The notes under the pieces are model-generated. The model was not told where the DNA came from. It saw only the letters and a list, made by a program, of their open reading frames with translations, and made no database searches. From Candidatus Bathyarchaeota archaeon (GTDB taxonomy: Archaea > Thermoproteota > Bathyarchaeia > Hecatellales > Hecatellaceae), in contig JBQPWD010000004.1 in NCBI GenBank assembly GCA_052246995.1, forward strand, positions 115,945-179,944: a stretch of 64,000 nt of DNA, given 5' to 3'. This document shows, piece after piece, positions 27,308 to 36,953 of this stretch. Both the position numbers and the translations under genes were made by a program. Numbering within the stretch: the first letter of the stretch is position 1; every line of letters begins with the position of its first letter.

Positions 27308-28648
27308 TTAGCGAGTAATCATCTGGCTTGGTAGCCAAAGAGCTAACTGTGGGAAGAAGTATAGTATGATTATGGTTATAAACATCATAATTATGAATGG
27401 TATAGATCCTCTTAAAACATCAGATATTGGAATATCAGGAGCAATACGTTTAATGATATAGAGGTTTAACCCTACAGGAGGGGTAATGCAGCCTGCCTCC
27501 ATGTTGATTGTAACAACAACACCAAACCATATCGGGTCAAATCCCGCAGCCAATATGATTGGATAAAGAATTGGACAAACAATAAGTATGATGGCAACCG
27601 GGGGCATAAAACATCCAAGTAAAAGTAGAAATAGATTTATAACTAGCATTAAACTCCATGGTGGAAGATTCAAGGCTATAATGGTGTTTGCTATAGTTTG
27701 AGAAATGTAAAGTTTGCTTAAAACTACACCAAAAAGATAGCCTGTGGCAATTATCATCATAATCATAACACTATCTTTTACAGCATCTTCAAGGATAGTT
27801 GTGTAGTCTTTTTTAGATGGACGGTAAATTAAGCTAACAATGAGTAAAGCTGCAATAGCTCCAACAGCGGCACATTCACTAGGAGTAGCCCAACCTAGGT
27901 AGAGAGAACCCATAATGAGGAGTATTATAACTACGAAGGGTATAACTTTAGGAAGTGCAATAAATTTCTCCTTCCAAGTGTAACCTTTAAACGAGGTTTC
28001 AACAACATGAGGCATTTTAAACGCAGCTTTTTTAGATTCACTGTATTGACAAAAAACAGTCCAAATAGCAAATAAACCTGTTAACAGCAATCCTGGAATA
28101 ATCCCTGCAATAAAAAGTTTACCTATAGAGGTTTGTGTAGAAATACCGTAAACTATCATGGTAACACTTGGAGGTATAAGAATTCCAAGAGTACCACCTG
28201 CAGCAATTATACCAGTAGCAAGAGTATTAGAATATCCTCTTTTCCTCATCTCAGGAATACCCATCTTCCCTATAGCTGCCGCTGTAGCTGGACTTGAGCC
28301 ACAAAGTGCCGCAAAAATCGCACAACAAACAATGTTTGTTACACCAATACCTCCTGGAAGCCGATAAAGCCACCTGTGAACAGCCTCATAAAGATCTTCA
28401 TTTGCTCTAGAACCGCCAATAACCGCACCAAGCAGTATAAATAGAGGTATAGCAAGTAAACTAAAGTCATTAAGACCTTCAAACACCCTTAAAGAAACAA
28501 GGTTAAGCTCGGCAGAACCAAGCATAAAAGCAATAAAAAGCAGGGAAACAAAACCTAAAGCAAAAGCAATAGGCATACCACTTAAAAGAAAGATTAATGC
28601 AACAAGGAAAACTATAATCCCTAATATAAGTAAGTCCATCTTTTCCAC
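27308..28648 (-). CDS. dctM: TRAP transporter large permease
   Basis: 446-aa polytopic protein, last in a P-Q-M order. Confidence 0.8.
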   Translation of the reverse strand: MEKMDLLILGIIVFLVALIFLLSGMPIAFALGFVSLLFIAFMLGSAELNLVSLRVFEGLNDFSLLAIPLFILLGAVIGGSRANEDLYEAVHRWLYRLPGGIGVTNIVCCAIFAALCGSSPATAAAIGKMGIPEMRKRGYSNTLATGIIAAGGTLGILIPPSVTMIVYGISTQTSIGKLFIAGIIPGLLLTGLFAIWTVFCQYSESKKAAFKMPHVVETSFKGYTWKEKFIALPKVIPFVVIILLIMGSLYLGWATPSECAAVGAIAALLIVSLIYRPSKKDYTTILEDAVKDSVMIMMIIATGYLFGVVLSKLYISQTIANTIIALNLPPWSLMLVINLFLLLLGCFMPPVAIILIVCPILYPIILAAGFDPIWFGVVVTINMEAGCITPPVGLNLYIIKRIAPDIPISDVLRGSIPFIIMMFITIIILYFFPQLALWLPSQMITR

Positions 28649-28658
28649 CTCACCTACA

Positions 28659-29225
28659 CTACTTTACATCCTTCACCTCTGAGAATTGTTCTTTAACAAC
28701 TTCTTCAGGCTTTTTAGAAATTAACTCAGCAATATAAACTATGTATTGTAACGATAGAAGAATCATTCCAAGGGGTATAAACGCGTATGGAATTGCCAAC
28801 GGAGGATTAAAGAGAGTCCCGGTTCTCCAACCTAAGCTGTAGGCAGTCCACCACAACACTAAACCTCTCCATGCAACAAAAATAGCAAAAGTTAGAGACA
28901 ATATAGAGCCGACTATTAAAAGCCAATGCCTAACTTTAGGTGGTAAAAGCCTTATTACCAAGTCTACGTTTATGTGGGCATTATGCTTTAACCCGTAACC
29001 AGCGCCAACAAGAGTAACAAACATAATTAGATAAATTGAGGTTTCTATCTCCCAAACGGTTGGAATTCTAAAGATATATCTAACCAAAACCTCGTAAACT
29101 AGAATAACACCAGAAGCAACTATAAAAATGAAGCATATCCTACCAACAGTTTCATTTATCCAATCTATGACACGGAAAAACATGTTTTTACCATTTTTTC
29201 TGTTTCTACTCATAGGTAACATCAC
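28659..29225 (-). CDS. dctQ: TRAP transporter small permease
   Basis: About 4 TM. May start at the MFFRVIDW Met (29183). Confidence 0.7.
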   Translation of the reverse strand: MMLPMSRNRKNGKNMFFRVIDWINETVGRICFIFIVASGVILVYEVLVRYIFRIPTVWEIETSIYLIMFVTLVGAGYGLKHNAHINVDLVIRLLPPKVRHWLLIVGSILSLTFAIFVAWRGLVLWWTAYSLGWRTGTLFNPPLAIPYAFIPLGMILLSLQYIVYIAELISKKPEEVVKEQFSEVKDVK

Positions 29226-29323
29226 TAACAGTAGTTTCGCTCCTGAATAGCCCAGGACTTTTGTGTAAAGAAAGTTATGTATACAAAAGACGTATATAAA
29301 ATTTTTTAAAAAAAAGGTTTTGG

Positions 29324-30394
29324 TTATGGTTTTACTTTTAACATTAACTCTATAAGCTCTTTACCACCCGGAACAGTTTCTGAGAAAGTCTTCCACGAGG
29401 TATTTTCTGCAACCTTAGCCCAAGCATTCCATTCATCCATAGTCATATCATGAACTTTTAAACCCTTCTCCTCAAAGAAGTTTGCAGTTTTTATATCGCT
29501 TGCCTTCAGCTCCTGAGCCAGCCAGCTTTCAAGTTCACCTGAAACCTTTAAAACAGCCTTCTGCTGTTCAGGTGTTAAGCTATTCCATGTGGGCATACCC
29601 ATTACAAGAGGTTCCAACATAAACCATATACAATAACCCTTTCTTGGAGAGGTGTAGTAGTTTAGCACCTCGTAAAGCCTGTAAGAGTAAAATGACTCAG
29701 AAGATGTTAAACATGCATCTAAAACCTTTGTTTGCAATGCTTGATAAAGCTCTGATGAAGGCATGCTTGTAATAGCCGCACCACATGCATTTAACATAGT
29801 CTCAAACATCCTACCCGCAGCCCTCATTTTCAAACCTTTAACATCTTCAGGCAAAATTATTGGACGTGGAACACTTCCAATACCGCCACCAAACCAAGCA
29901 CCATACCATACAAGCAATTTTATCCCATTTTTTTCACATATTTCTTGAAGCTTTTTACCTATTTCAGCGTCTTTCCACTTCATTCCATGGTCAATGTTTG
30001 TAATACTACAAGGCATGAGGGTTATTGATAACTGTGGAACCTTACCTGAAGCATAATCTAACGGATAAACTGATAAGTCAAGTGCACCTGCAACTAAAGC
30101 ATCATATTGTTCCGCAGCCTTATAAAGAGATTGAGCAGGATAAATTTCAAATTTTAATGTACCACCAGTTTCCTCCTCAACCCTCTTAGCAAATTTCTCG
30201 CAAAGAACATGTCTAAGGTCAGCACTTGCCCATTGGTGGGATATTTTTAAAGTTCTTGGTGTAGGTTTTGTTGGAGGCTTTTGAGTAGCTTGCCAGGCAG
30301 CATATCCGCCAACACCAACAACAGCAGCGGCAACAATTGCAGCAACTCCATACTTTAGAAACTTTCTACGTGATGTATCAACACCACTAGACAT
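29324..30394 (-). CDS. dctP: TRAP DctP-type solute-binding protein with twin-arginine leader
   Basis: 356 aa. 'TSRRKFLKYGVAAIVAAAVVGVGG' leader followed by a DctP-like body ('FEIYPAQSLYKA', 'GALDLS'). Confidence 0.8.
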   Translation of the reverse strand: MSSGVDTSRRKFLKYGVAAIVAAAVVGVGGYAAWQATQKPPTKPTPRTLKISHQWASADLRHVLCEKFAKRVEEETGGTLKFEIYPAQSLYKAAEQYDALVAGALDLSVYPLDYASGKVPQLSITLMPCSITNIDHGMKWKDAEIGKKLQEICEKNGIKLLVWYGAWFGGGIGSVPRPIILPEDVKGLKMRAAGRMFETMLNACGAAITSMPSSELYQALQTKVLDACLTSSESFYSYRLYEVLNYYTSPRKGYCIWFMLEPLVMGMPTWNSLTPEQQKAVLKVSGELESWLAQELKASDIKTANFFEEKGLKVHDMTMDEWNAWAKVAENTSWKTFSETVPGGKELIELMLKVKP

Positions 30395-30513
30395 AGAAAA
30401 CCCCCTAAGTTAACTTAATCTTTAACTAACAAATGGAAAACTACTATTATTTAATTTTTTCGTACTAACTAACTTCTTATTTTAGCTAAAAATTAACTTA
30501 GAAGGTAGACTTA

Positions 30514-30816
30514 TTACTGAAGCTTTTTAATTATCTCAGCTCTAAGCTCGTCATTTGTTTTTCCTTCAGGGTCTATTCCAAGCTCTTTGGCAACTTTAAC
30601 AAGTTTTTCTCTTGTTTCTAAATCTATAGTTTTTGATTGCGGTTTTGACTTATCTGTAGATTCCCCTTTCAGCTCTTTTTCAATATCCATTTTTCCACGT
30701 TCAAACTCCATCCTAGCTCTTCCAAGAGCTCTTGCAAGTTCAGGTATCTTTTTTGCTCCAAAAATCAATATTAGTGCAAGAAAAATTAGGATAAGCCATT
30801 CCTGACCAATAACCAA
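30514..30816 (-). CDS. tatA: Sec-independent translocase TatA/E
   Basis: 100 aa. A TM helix followed by 'FGAKKIPELARALG'. Confidence 0.8.
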   Translation of the reverse strand: MVIGQEWLILIFLALILIFGAKKIPELARALGRARMEFERGKMDIEKELKGESTDKSKPQSKTIDLETREKLVKVAKELGIDPEGKTNDELRAEIIKKLQ

Positions 30817-30876
30817 AATTTATCACCAATTAAGATTGAGACAATTTTAGTTAATATATAGTAGTATTTTAACTTT

Positions 30877-31707
30877 TTAACTTAAACTTTTCTTTACTTC
30901 TTCCCTTGGAAGAAAGCCAAAACCTTTTACTGAGAGGATGTATCCAAGCAGATATAGTATGATAAGAGGGAAAGCAACAATGCACATCGTAATACCACTA
31001 CCGTCAGGGGTAATAACAGCGCCGAAGACAAAAAAAGCAAAAACAGCTATTCTAAAATACTCTCTCCAAGTTTTTGGCTCAATAACACCTAAAGATGAAA
31101 GGGTAACCATAATTATAGGTAATTGAAAAGCTAAGCCAAAACTTACAAGAAAAAGTGTAACAAAAGAAATAAAACTCTCAATTGTAATGAATGTTGCCAC
31201 TTGAAGAGCAAAACCGTATCTATAAAGGAAGAAGATGATAAAGGGTATAAGAGCATAATATGAGAAAATACATCCGCTAATAAAGAGTATTGTTGATGGA
31301 ACTATAAGCCTAGCTATAAGCTTTTTTTCATGAGGATATAAACCTGGAGCAACAAAGCCCATAACTTCATGAATTATTACAGGCATACCAAACAATATGC
31401 CAAGAAAAATTGAAACATAAAGTGTAGCGGTTATTGCTTCTGCAGGTGTTGTTTGAATAAGTCTTACACCTTCGGGAAGCAAATCTTGCTGAATCTTCCT
31501 TAAAAGGTCAGCGGCGGTACTGTTAAATATTGCAGGGTAGGGGTAATAGTAGGTAATGTTGTTGGAAAATTCTGCCTTCTGAATTTTAAACATAAAGAAA
31601 AAAAACGTTAAAAAACCAACAACTATAAATACACGTAGTAATCTCGTCCGCAATTCGTCAAGGTGTTCTAAAAAGCTTCTTTCCCTACCACTTCCAGCCT
31701 CAACCAA
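30877..31707 (-). CDS. tatC: Sec-independent translocase TatC
   Basis: 276 aa, 6 TM, with N-terminal 'FLEHLDELRTRL'. Confidence 0.85.
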   Translation of the reverse strand: MVEAGSGRERSFLEHLDELRTRLLRVFIVVGFLTFFFFMFKIQKAEFSNNITYYYPYPAIFNSTAADLLRKIQQDLLPEGVRLIQTTPAEAITATLYVSIFLGILFGMPVIIHEVMGFVAPGLYPHEKKLIARLIVPSTILFISGCIFSYYALIPFIIFFLYRYGFALQVATFITIESFISFVTLFLVSFGLAFQLPIIMVTLSSLGVIEPKTWREYFRIAVFAFFVFGAVITPDGSGITMCIVAFPLIILYLLGYILSVKGFGFLPREEVKKSLS

Positions 31708-31920
31708 TCTTCCACCATCAACAAGAAGCTAACATATGCACTTTAAACATTTAATAGGAAGCCCAATTTTTAAACTAAACTACTGAAAATGTTAACAATT
31801 TTTATAATCTGATACGAAAACTCAATTATACGATGCGTATCCAAAATACTTAGTTCACTCGCAACTCTAAAATTTCTAGGAAAAATGCTATTCTTCCCCA
31901 ACAGCCTACAAACCTTTAAA

Positions 31921-32388
31921 TTAACCGTGTATAAGTTTTCTTGCTTCCCCTCTGGGTATGTAGCGGAGAGCTCCTGTTGTACAAAACTTAACACACCACG
32001 GGTCTCCTTCACATAAGTCACATTTGTAGGAAACTTTAAGTGTAGAATCATAGTGTGGTATGCTTATTGGGCATGCAAAATTGCATGACCTACATCCGAT
32101 ACACTGTGTAGTGTTAATTTTGACAATCCCCTTTTCATCCTTTCTTATAGCATTAACAGGACATGATGATTCACATGCTGGATATTCGCAGTGGGCACAG
32201 TGTGCTGAAATAAAGTATGCAAATTTATCAGGGTTTGGAAAAACTTTTACATGAGATTTGTCCTCAGATATGACCTTGAAGTGTTTAAAAGAACATACAA
32301 CCATACAAAGTAGACAACCACTACACTTTTCAGGGGTATAGTAGAGAACTCCTTGCTCTTCAGGTTTAACTATTTTTTGAAAACTCAT
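31921..32388 (-). CDS. HycB/DmsB-like poly-ferredoxin (four Cys-cluster motifs)
   Basis: Four motifs: 'CSGCLLCMVVC', 'CAHCEYPACESSCP', 'CIGCRSCNFACP' and 'CDLCEGDPWCVKFC'. Confidence 0.75.
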   Translation of the reverse strand: MSFQKIVKPEEQGVLYYTPEKCSGCLLCMVVCSFKHFKVISEDKSHVKVFPNPDKFAYFISAHCAHCEYPACESSCPVNAIRKDEKGIVKINTTQCIGCRSCNFACPISIPHYDSTLKVSYKCDLCEGDPWCVKFCTTGALRYIPRGEARKLIHG

Positions 32389-32390
32389 TT

Positions 32391-32636
32391 TTAACCCCTC
32401 CCCAGAAGTGTTTTAAACTCTTCATGTACTTTTACAAGCCTTTCGGCTAAAGCCTTCTCTTCTTCACTACCAACTTTGGAGAAAAAATCTTTAACCAGCT
32501 TCTCAAGTTCTTCAAGGTTTTTTGCTTCACTAAAAAGTTTTAAATAAAGATTTACAATTTTTGTTCTTAAATGGTATCCTACGTAAAGTTTTGCTATTCT
32601 CCTTAAATTATCCTTAACTAGGTAGGTTACCTCCAA
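32391..32636 (-). CDS. small helical protein, unknown (hydrogenase operon member)
   Basis: 81 aa, no Cys. It fits exactly between the small-subunit and ferredoxin genes, with gaps of 19 and 2 nt. Confidence 0.45.
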   Translation of the reverse strand: MEVTYLVKDNLRRIAKLYVGYHLRTKIVNLYLKLFSEAKNLEELEKLVKDFFSKVGSEEEKALAERLVKVHEEFKTLLGRG

Positions 32637-32655
32637 CCTTTTTCCACCAACCTAA

Positions 32656-33096
32656 CTAGACTTTTTCTTTTAACTTTTGAATTGCCAACGCTATTCCATG
32701 AATAATTGCTTCAGGTTTAGGTGGACATCCTGGAACATAAACATCAACAGGGATAATTTTGTTTACAGGACCTCCAAACCCATAGCTTACATAATCACCT
32801 TCACCATAAAACACCCCTCCTGTTAATGCGCAAGAACCTACAGCAACAACAACCTTCGGGTTTGGAATCTGTTCATAAACTCTTTTTAAAGCTTTTGTTA
32901 TATGTTTTGAAACTTGGCCTGCAACAACAAGGATATCCGCCTGTCTAGGAGTACCTGTAAGCCTTATACCAAGTCTTTCAACATCATATCTTGGAGTTAA
33001 ACATGCAACAATCTCTATGTGGCAACCGTTACATCCGCCACATGGTGTAAACATTATCCAAGGAGACTTGGCTCTTGACCAGGCTTTTAAACCCAA
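32656..33096 (-). CDS. group-4 [NiFe] hydrogenase small subunit (NuoB/HycG-like)
   Basis: 146 aa. Has 'CGGCNGCHIEIVAC', 'GSCALTGG' and 'VPGCPP'. Confidence 0.85.
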   Translation of the reverse strand: MGLKAWSRAKSPWIMFTPCGGCNGCHIEIVACLTPRYDVERLGIRLTGTPRQADILVVAGQVSKHITKALKRVYEQIPNPKVVVAVGSCALTGGVFYGEGDYVSYGFGGPVNKIIPVDVYVPGCPPKPEAIIHGIALAIQKLKEKV

Positions 33097-33109
33097 AATG
33101 GTAAACCCC

Positions 33110-33658
33110 TTAATAATACTTTCTTGGATGGTAATTAAGTCTAAAACTAAGCTGCTTTCTACACGTTGAACAATATTTAGAGTAAACTTGGAAGTCTTTT
33201 TCTATGGTTTCTTTTTGAGAAACGTTAATTTTACTTAAACCCCTATCTCTAACCTTTAAAATTTGAGGTTCTGGAGCAAAATACCGTCCACAGTTTTCAC
33301 ACACAGCTTGGTTTACCTCAACAACCTCCTTGGCCTGATTTAAATCATAAACTGCAAGCTCAAACTTACTTGTAAGCATGATAGCGTCTTCAGGGCATAC
33401 TTCTTGACAGGTTGCACAGTAAAGACATTTTCCAAGGTTAACTTCTATTTTTCTTTTACCGTTTTCTTCTACTATTGTTATAGCTTCAGGGGGGCAGCAA
33501 TTAAAACATCCACCACAACCAACACACTTTTCTCTGTCAAACTCAGGTTTACCACGCAAACCTTCAGGTAAGTAAGCAGGTGGACCGAAAGGATACTTTA
33601 TTGTTACACATCGAGCTAAGCTTTTAAATGCCTCAACCAAAACTTTTAGATTAACCAT
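33110..33658 (-). CDS. 2x[4Fe-4S] subunit (NuoI/HycF-like)
   Basis: 'CVGCGGCFNCCP' and 'CLYCATCQEVCP', plus a C-terminal CxxC...CxxC. Confidence 0.8.
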   Translation of the reverse strand: MVNLKVLVEAFKSLARCVTIKYPFGPPAYLPEGLRGKPEFDREKCVGCGGCFNCCPPEAITIVEENGKRKIEVNLGKCLYCATCQEVCPEDAIMLTSKFELAVYDLNQAKEVVEVNQAVCENCGRYFAPEPQILKVRDRGLSKINVSQKETIEKDFQVYSKYCSTCRKQLSFRLNYHPRKYY

Positions 33659-35402
33659 TTTCCACTCGCCTCGACTTAAGTCTTGATTTTTCAGCTAGCA
33701 TACTAAAGCTAACAGGTTTAACCTTTTTTTCTTTAATATCCTCCAAAACTATCATTATGGAGCGGTCGGTACATGCCAAGCAGGGATCTATGCTTGCAAT
33801 AATTATAGGTGCATCAGCAATTGTTTGGTCTCTAAGCATGTAAAGTGTTGATGGGTTGTTTAGGAAAGATGGTGTTCTAATTCTAACTCTATCAGGAATA
33901 TGGGTTCCGTTAGACCTAATGTAATATGTTAATTCACCTCTTGGGGCTTCAACCCTGCCAATAGCTTCCTTTCCTTCTGGAAATTCTTTGGGAATTTCAG
34001 ATTGAATCGGTCCACTTGTTTTTTGTAGGAAGTCTAAACATTGCCTGCATATACTTATACTCTGTAAAAGTTCTAAAAGTCTAACTATAACCTTTGCGTA
34101 CACATCCCCATCAGATTGTGTGATCACATCCCATGAAGTTTCCCTGTAAGCTAGATACGGGTCGTCTTTTCGAACATCAATTCTTACGTTTGAACCCCTA
34201 GCGGTAGGCCCAACAACACCAACTTCTTTTGCCGCATCTTTTGTTAAAACACCAATTCCAATTGTTCTTTTACGGATTAACGGTTCGCTTGTTGCAATAT
34301 CAATATACTTTTTAGTTGCTTTTTCTAACACGTCAAGCGTTTTCTCGATTTTTGGTATCATATCACGGGTTATATCTCTACGAACACCACCAATAGTGTT
34401 CATTGCGTGATTTACCCTGTTACCGGAAACCATTTCAAAAATATCTAAAACATGTTCCCTGTCTCTCCAGAACCACATAAAAGCTGTTTTATAACCTATC
34501 AAATCCATGCCTACACCAGCCCATAAAAGGTGGCTGTGGATTCTTTCAAGCTCTTTAATCAACGTTCTAACATACCTTCCCCTGTCCGGCAGTTCTATGT
34601 CTCCAAGCATTTCAACAGTTCTACAGTATGCTGAAGTGTGTGCATGTGAACAAATTCCACAAACACGCTCCGAGATGTATATGTTTCTCCAGTAGCTTCT
34701 TTTTTCCATAAGCTTCATTATACCTCTATGGTTAAAGCCTGGCTTCATATCTGCCTCAACAATTTTTTCACCATCAACTTTTAACCTAAAATACCAAGCT
34801 TCAACTAGAAGTGGATGGAAAGGTCCTATTGGAACAATCGACAACTCAGGCTTACCCTCAACATCAACCGGTAAAGGTATCCACTTTCCAACTTTTTTAC
34901 GCTGTTCTTCTGCAGAATGTTCCATTACTTTTTCTACTTTTACCTCCTCAACTTCACCTGGCCACTCATAAGGTAAAACAAAGTGACGAGGATCTATCAG
35001 TTCTTCAAACGTTATACCGTTAAGCTCACCCATCTCTCTTTCAGCATAAACTGCTGAGTAGTAAATGGGTGAAACTGAGTCTACACTAGGTGTTTCGCGT
35101 GAAAGTGTTGTTTTAACGGTTAAGGTTAAGCTTTCATCAAAGGTTTTGTCCTTGTAGTCAAATGCGTAATGGTAAAGCACCTCAAAACCCTTAAAGTCAA
35201 GGTCGTTTACAGATATGGTTACAAGCCTAGCATCAAACTCTCCTTTTAAAAGCTCGGCTACTGGTTTAACAGCATTATTCTTAACATTAACATAAACCCT
35301 TTTTTCCCTTCCCACATACTCGCCAAGGTAATCTTCTTTTAACTTTTCCCTTAACCTTGAGATAACTGCTTCTAAAAGTGTACCTTCTTTTTGTTTTTCC
35401 AT
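33651..35402 (-). CDS. group-4 [NiFe] hydrogenase large subunit, NuoC-NuoD fusion (HycE/HyfG-like)
   Basis: 583 aa. NuoC-like N-domain, Ni-Fe ligand motifs 'RVCGICSHAH' and 'DPCLACTDR', and about 35 residues after the C-terminal motif. Confidence 0.9.
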   Translation of the reverse strand: MEKQKEGTLLEAVISRLREKLKEDYLGEYVGREKRVYVNVKNNAVKPVAELLKGEFDARLVTISVNDLDFKGFEVLYHYAFDYKDKTFDESLTLTVKTTLSRETPSVDSVSPIYYSAVYAEREMGELNGITFEELIDPRHFVLPYEWPGEVEEVKVEKVMEHSAEEQRKKVGKWIPLPVDVEGKPELSIVPIGPFHPLLVEAWYFRLKVDGEKIVEADMKPGFNHRGIMKLMEKRSYWRNIYISERVCGICSHAHTSAYCRTVEMLGDIELPDRGRYVRTLIKELERIHSHLLWAGVGMDLIGYKTAFMWFWRDREHVLDIFEMVSGNRVNHAMNTIGGVRRDITRDMIPKIEKTLDVLEKATKKYIDIATSEPLIRKRTIGIGVLTKDAAKEVGVVGPTARGSNVRIDVRKDDPYLAYRETSWDVITQSDGDVYAKVIVRLLELLQSISICRQCLDFLQKTSGPIQSEIPKEFPEGKEAIGRVEAPRGELTYYIRSNGTHIPDRVRIRTPSFLNNPSTLYMLRDQTIADAPIIIASIDPCLACTDRSIMIVLEDIKEKKVKPVSFSMLAEKSRLKSRRVENG

Positions 35403-35406
35403 TTTT

Positions 35407-35997
35407 TTACCACCTTAAAAGCATAAGCTTACGAACATCCAAACTTTTTGTTCGTTTATACAAAAGAAGTGCTAAACCCATAACCAGAATAATGGTCGCT
35501 GTTTTTATTATAACTAAGCTAATCTCAACACTAACTGGAAACTCTACTCCTAGCATTAGAGTGTGAGTTGCGTTATTTAGGAGGGTTAAACCGAGTCCAA
35601 GCTTTACTAGGTCAGCTTTAGCAAGCATTGTATAAATTCCAATAACAAATAAAGGAATAGCCGTTAACATCCTAGGGTCGGTAAAGTTTAGAAAAGCATA
35701 AACCGTGAAGACACCAATTAAGAAGAGCAGAATTGAAGACGATGTTAATCCGTCTATAAAAGGCTCCTCTGAGAGGCTTTTAGTCTTTCTAATTGTTAGG
35801 TAAATAACTAGTGGAAATACTATAATGAGAGAAATAACTGAAAGAAGAAAACTCTGAGTTGAAAGCTCCTGATAGAAAACTGAAACCAAGAGAATACCTT
35901 GAACAAGAAGACAAGTTGTTGATACATACAGGTTTCTATGTTCACATATAGCCATACCAAGAACGGTTGCAACAATAATTACAGGGGTTAAATCCAT
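35407..35997 (-). CDS. small polytopic membrane subunit (HyfE/NuoK-like)
   Basis: 196 aa, about 6 TM. Its position between the NuoH-like and large-subunit genes matches the hyf order. Confidence 0.5.
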   Translation of the reverse strand: MDLTPVIIVATVLGMAICEHRNLYVSTTCLLVQGILLVSVFYQELSTQSFLLSVISLIIVFPLVIYLTIRKTKSLSEEPFIDGLTSSSILLFLIGVFTVYAFLNFTDPRMLTAIPLFVIGIYTMLAKADLVKLGLGLTLLNNATHTLMLGVEFPVSVEISLVIIKTATIILVMGLALLLYKRTKSLDVRKLMLLRW

Positions 35998-36007
35998 AAT
36001 TTCCCAC

Positions 36008-36952
36008 CTAAACCATAATTACAGCCAATATTAAGCCTGCAAGAGACAAACCTAAAATTCCAGTTAAATACCATTTAAAAGCCTGGTCAATTCGAAAACG
36101 TGGATTTGCAGTATGAACTATAACCATTAAAACAACAACAAAAGTCATTTTTGCCAGAAACCATAAAACATTCCACGGGAAGGGTAAACCATCTCCACCA
36201 CCAAGAAAGAGGTTTGTAAACAAAGCGCTAAAAACCACCCATTTAACAAAGATTGAAAGTCTAAAAACTCCATAGAGAGGTCCACCGTATTCAACATATG
36301 GGCCAGCAATAATTTCTTGTTCAGCTTCAGATACATCAAAAGGTCTGAGAGCAAGTTTTGCAAGCAAACAGATAAATAAGACTACAGCTGCAAACGGGTT
36401 TAAAACTAAGAACCATGTATTCCTAATTTGATAATTTACAATTTCCCAGAGACTTAACGACTTCACCACGATTGCTGGAGCTAAAACTGCTAAAACAAAT
36501 GGAAGCTCTTCAGCTATAAGAAGACTTACTTCCCTACTTGCTCCAACAGCACCATACGGAGAACTTGACGAACCTCCAGCTATAACCAATGCTATTGAAG
36601 GTATTATAAGAAAGTACGCTATGACAATTACATCCCCAGCAAAGCCTACTGGAGAGGGTAAACCAAAAGGTATAAGGGTTACAGCACAAAGAAGAGAAGC
36701 TAAACTTAAAAGTGGAGCTATAACCATGTACGGCTTATAGGCAGTTATAGGGATTATCTGCTCCTTAAAGAAGAGTTTGAAAACATCTGCAAACGACTGG
36801 TAAAACGGTGGCCCCCTCCTTGATTGAATTCTGGCTTCAAGCTTTCTTTTTAACCAATCATACATTCCTCCAAGCAGAAAAGAAAACATGAGACCTGGAT
36901 ACACGATAAAACTAAAAATGCTTATTCCTATAAGCTCGTACACAATAATCAC
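36008..36952 (-). CDS. NuoH/HycD-like membrane subunit
   Basis: 314 aa, about 8 TM. Has 'RRGPPFYQSFADVFKL' (the NuoH-type RxGP...Q.faD.~Kl motif). Confidence 0.8.
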   Translation of the reverse strand: MIIVYELIGISIFSFIVYPGLMFSFLLGGMYDWLKRKLEARIQSRRGPPFYQSFADVFKLFFKEQIIPITAYKPYMVIAPLLSLASLLCAVTLIPFGLPSPVGFAGDVIVIAYFLIIPSIALVIAGGSSSSPYGAVGASREVSLLIAEELPFVLAVLAPAIVVKSLSLWEIVNYQIRNTWFLVLNPFAAVVLFICLLAKLALRPFDVSEAEQEIIAGPYVEYGGPLYGVFRLSIFVKWVVFSALFTNLFLGGGDGLPFPWNVLWFLAKMTFVVVLMVIVHTANPRFRIDQAFKWYLTGILGLSLAGLILAVIMV

Positions 36953-36953
36953 C

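Noticed and set aside
31770-32051. 93-aa minus-strand ORF spanning the ferredoxin/tatC gap.
   Set aside because: It overlaps the 3' end of the HycB-like gene in another frame and has no motifs or start context.
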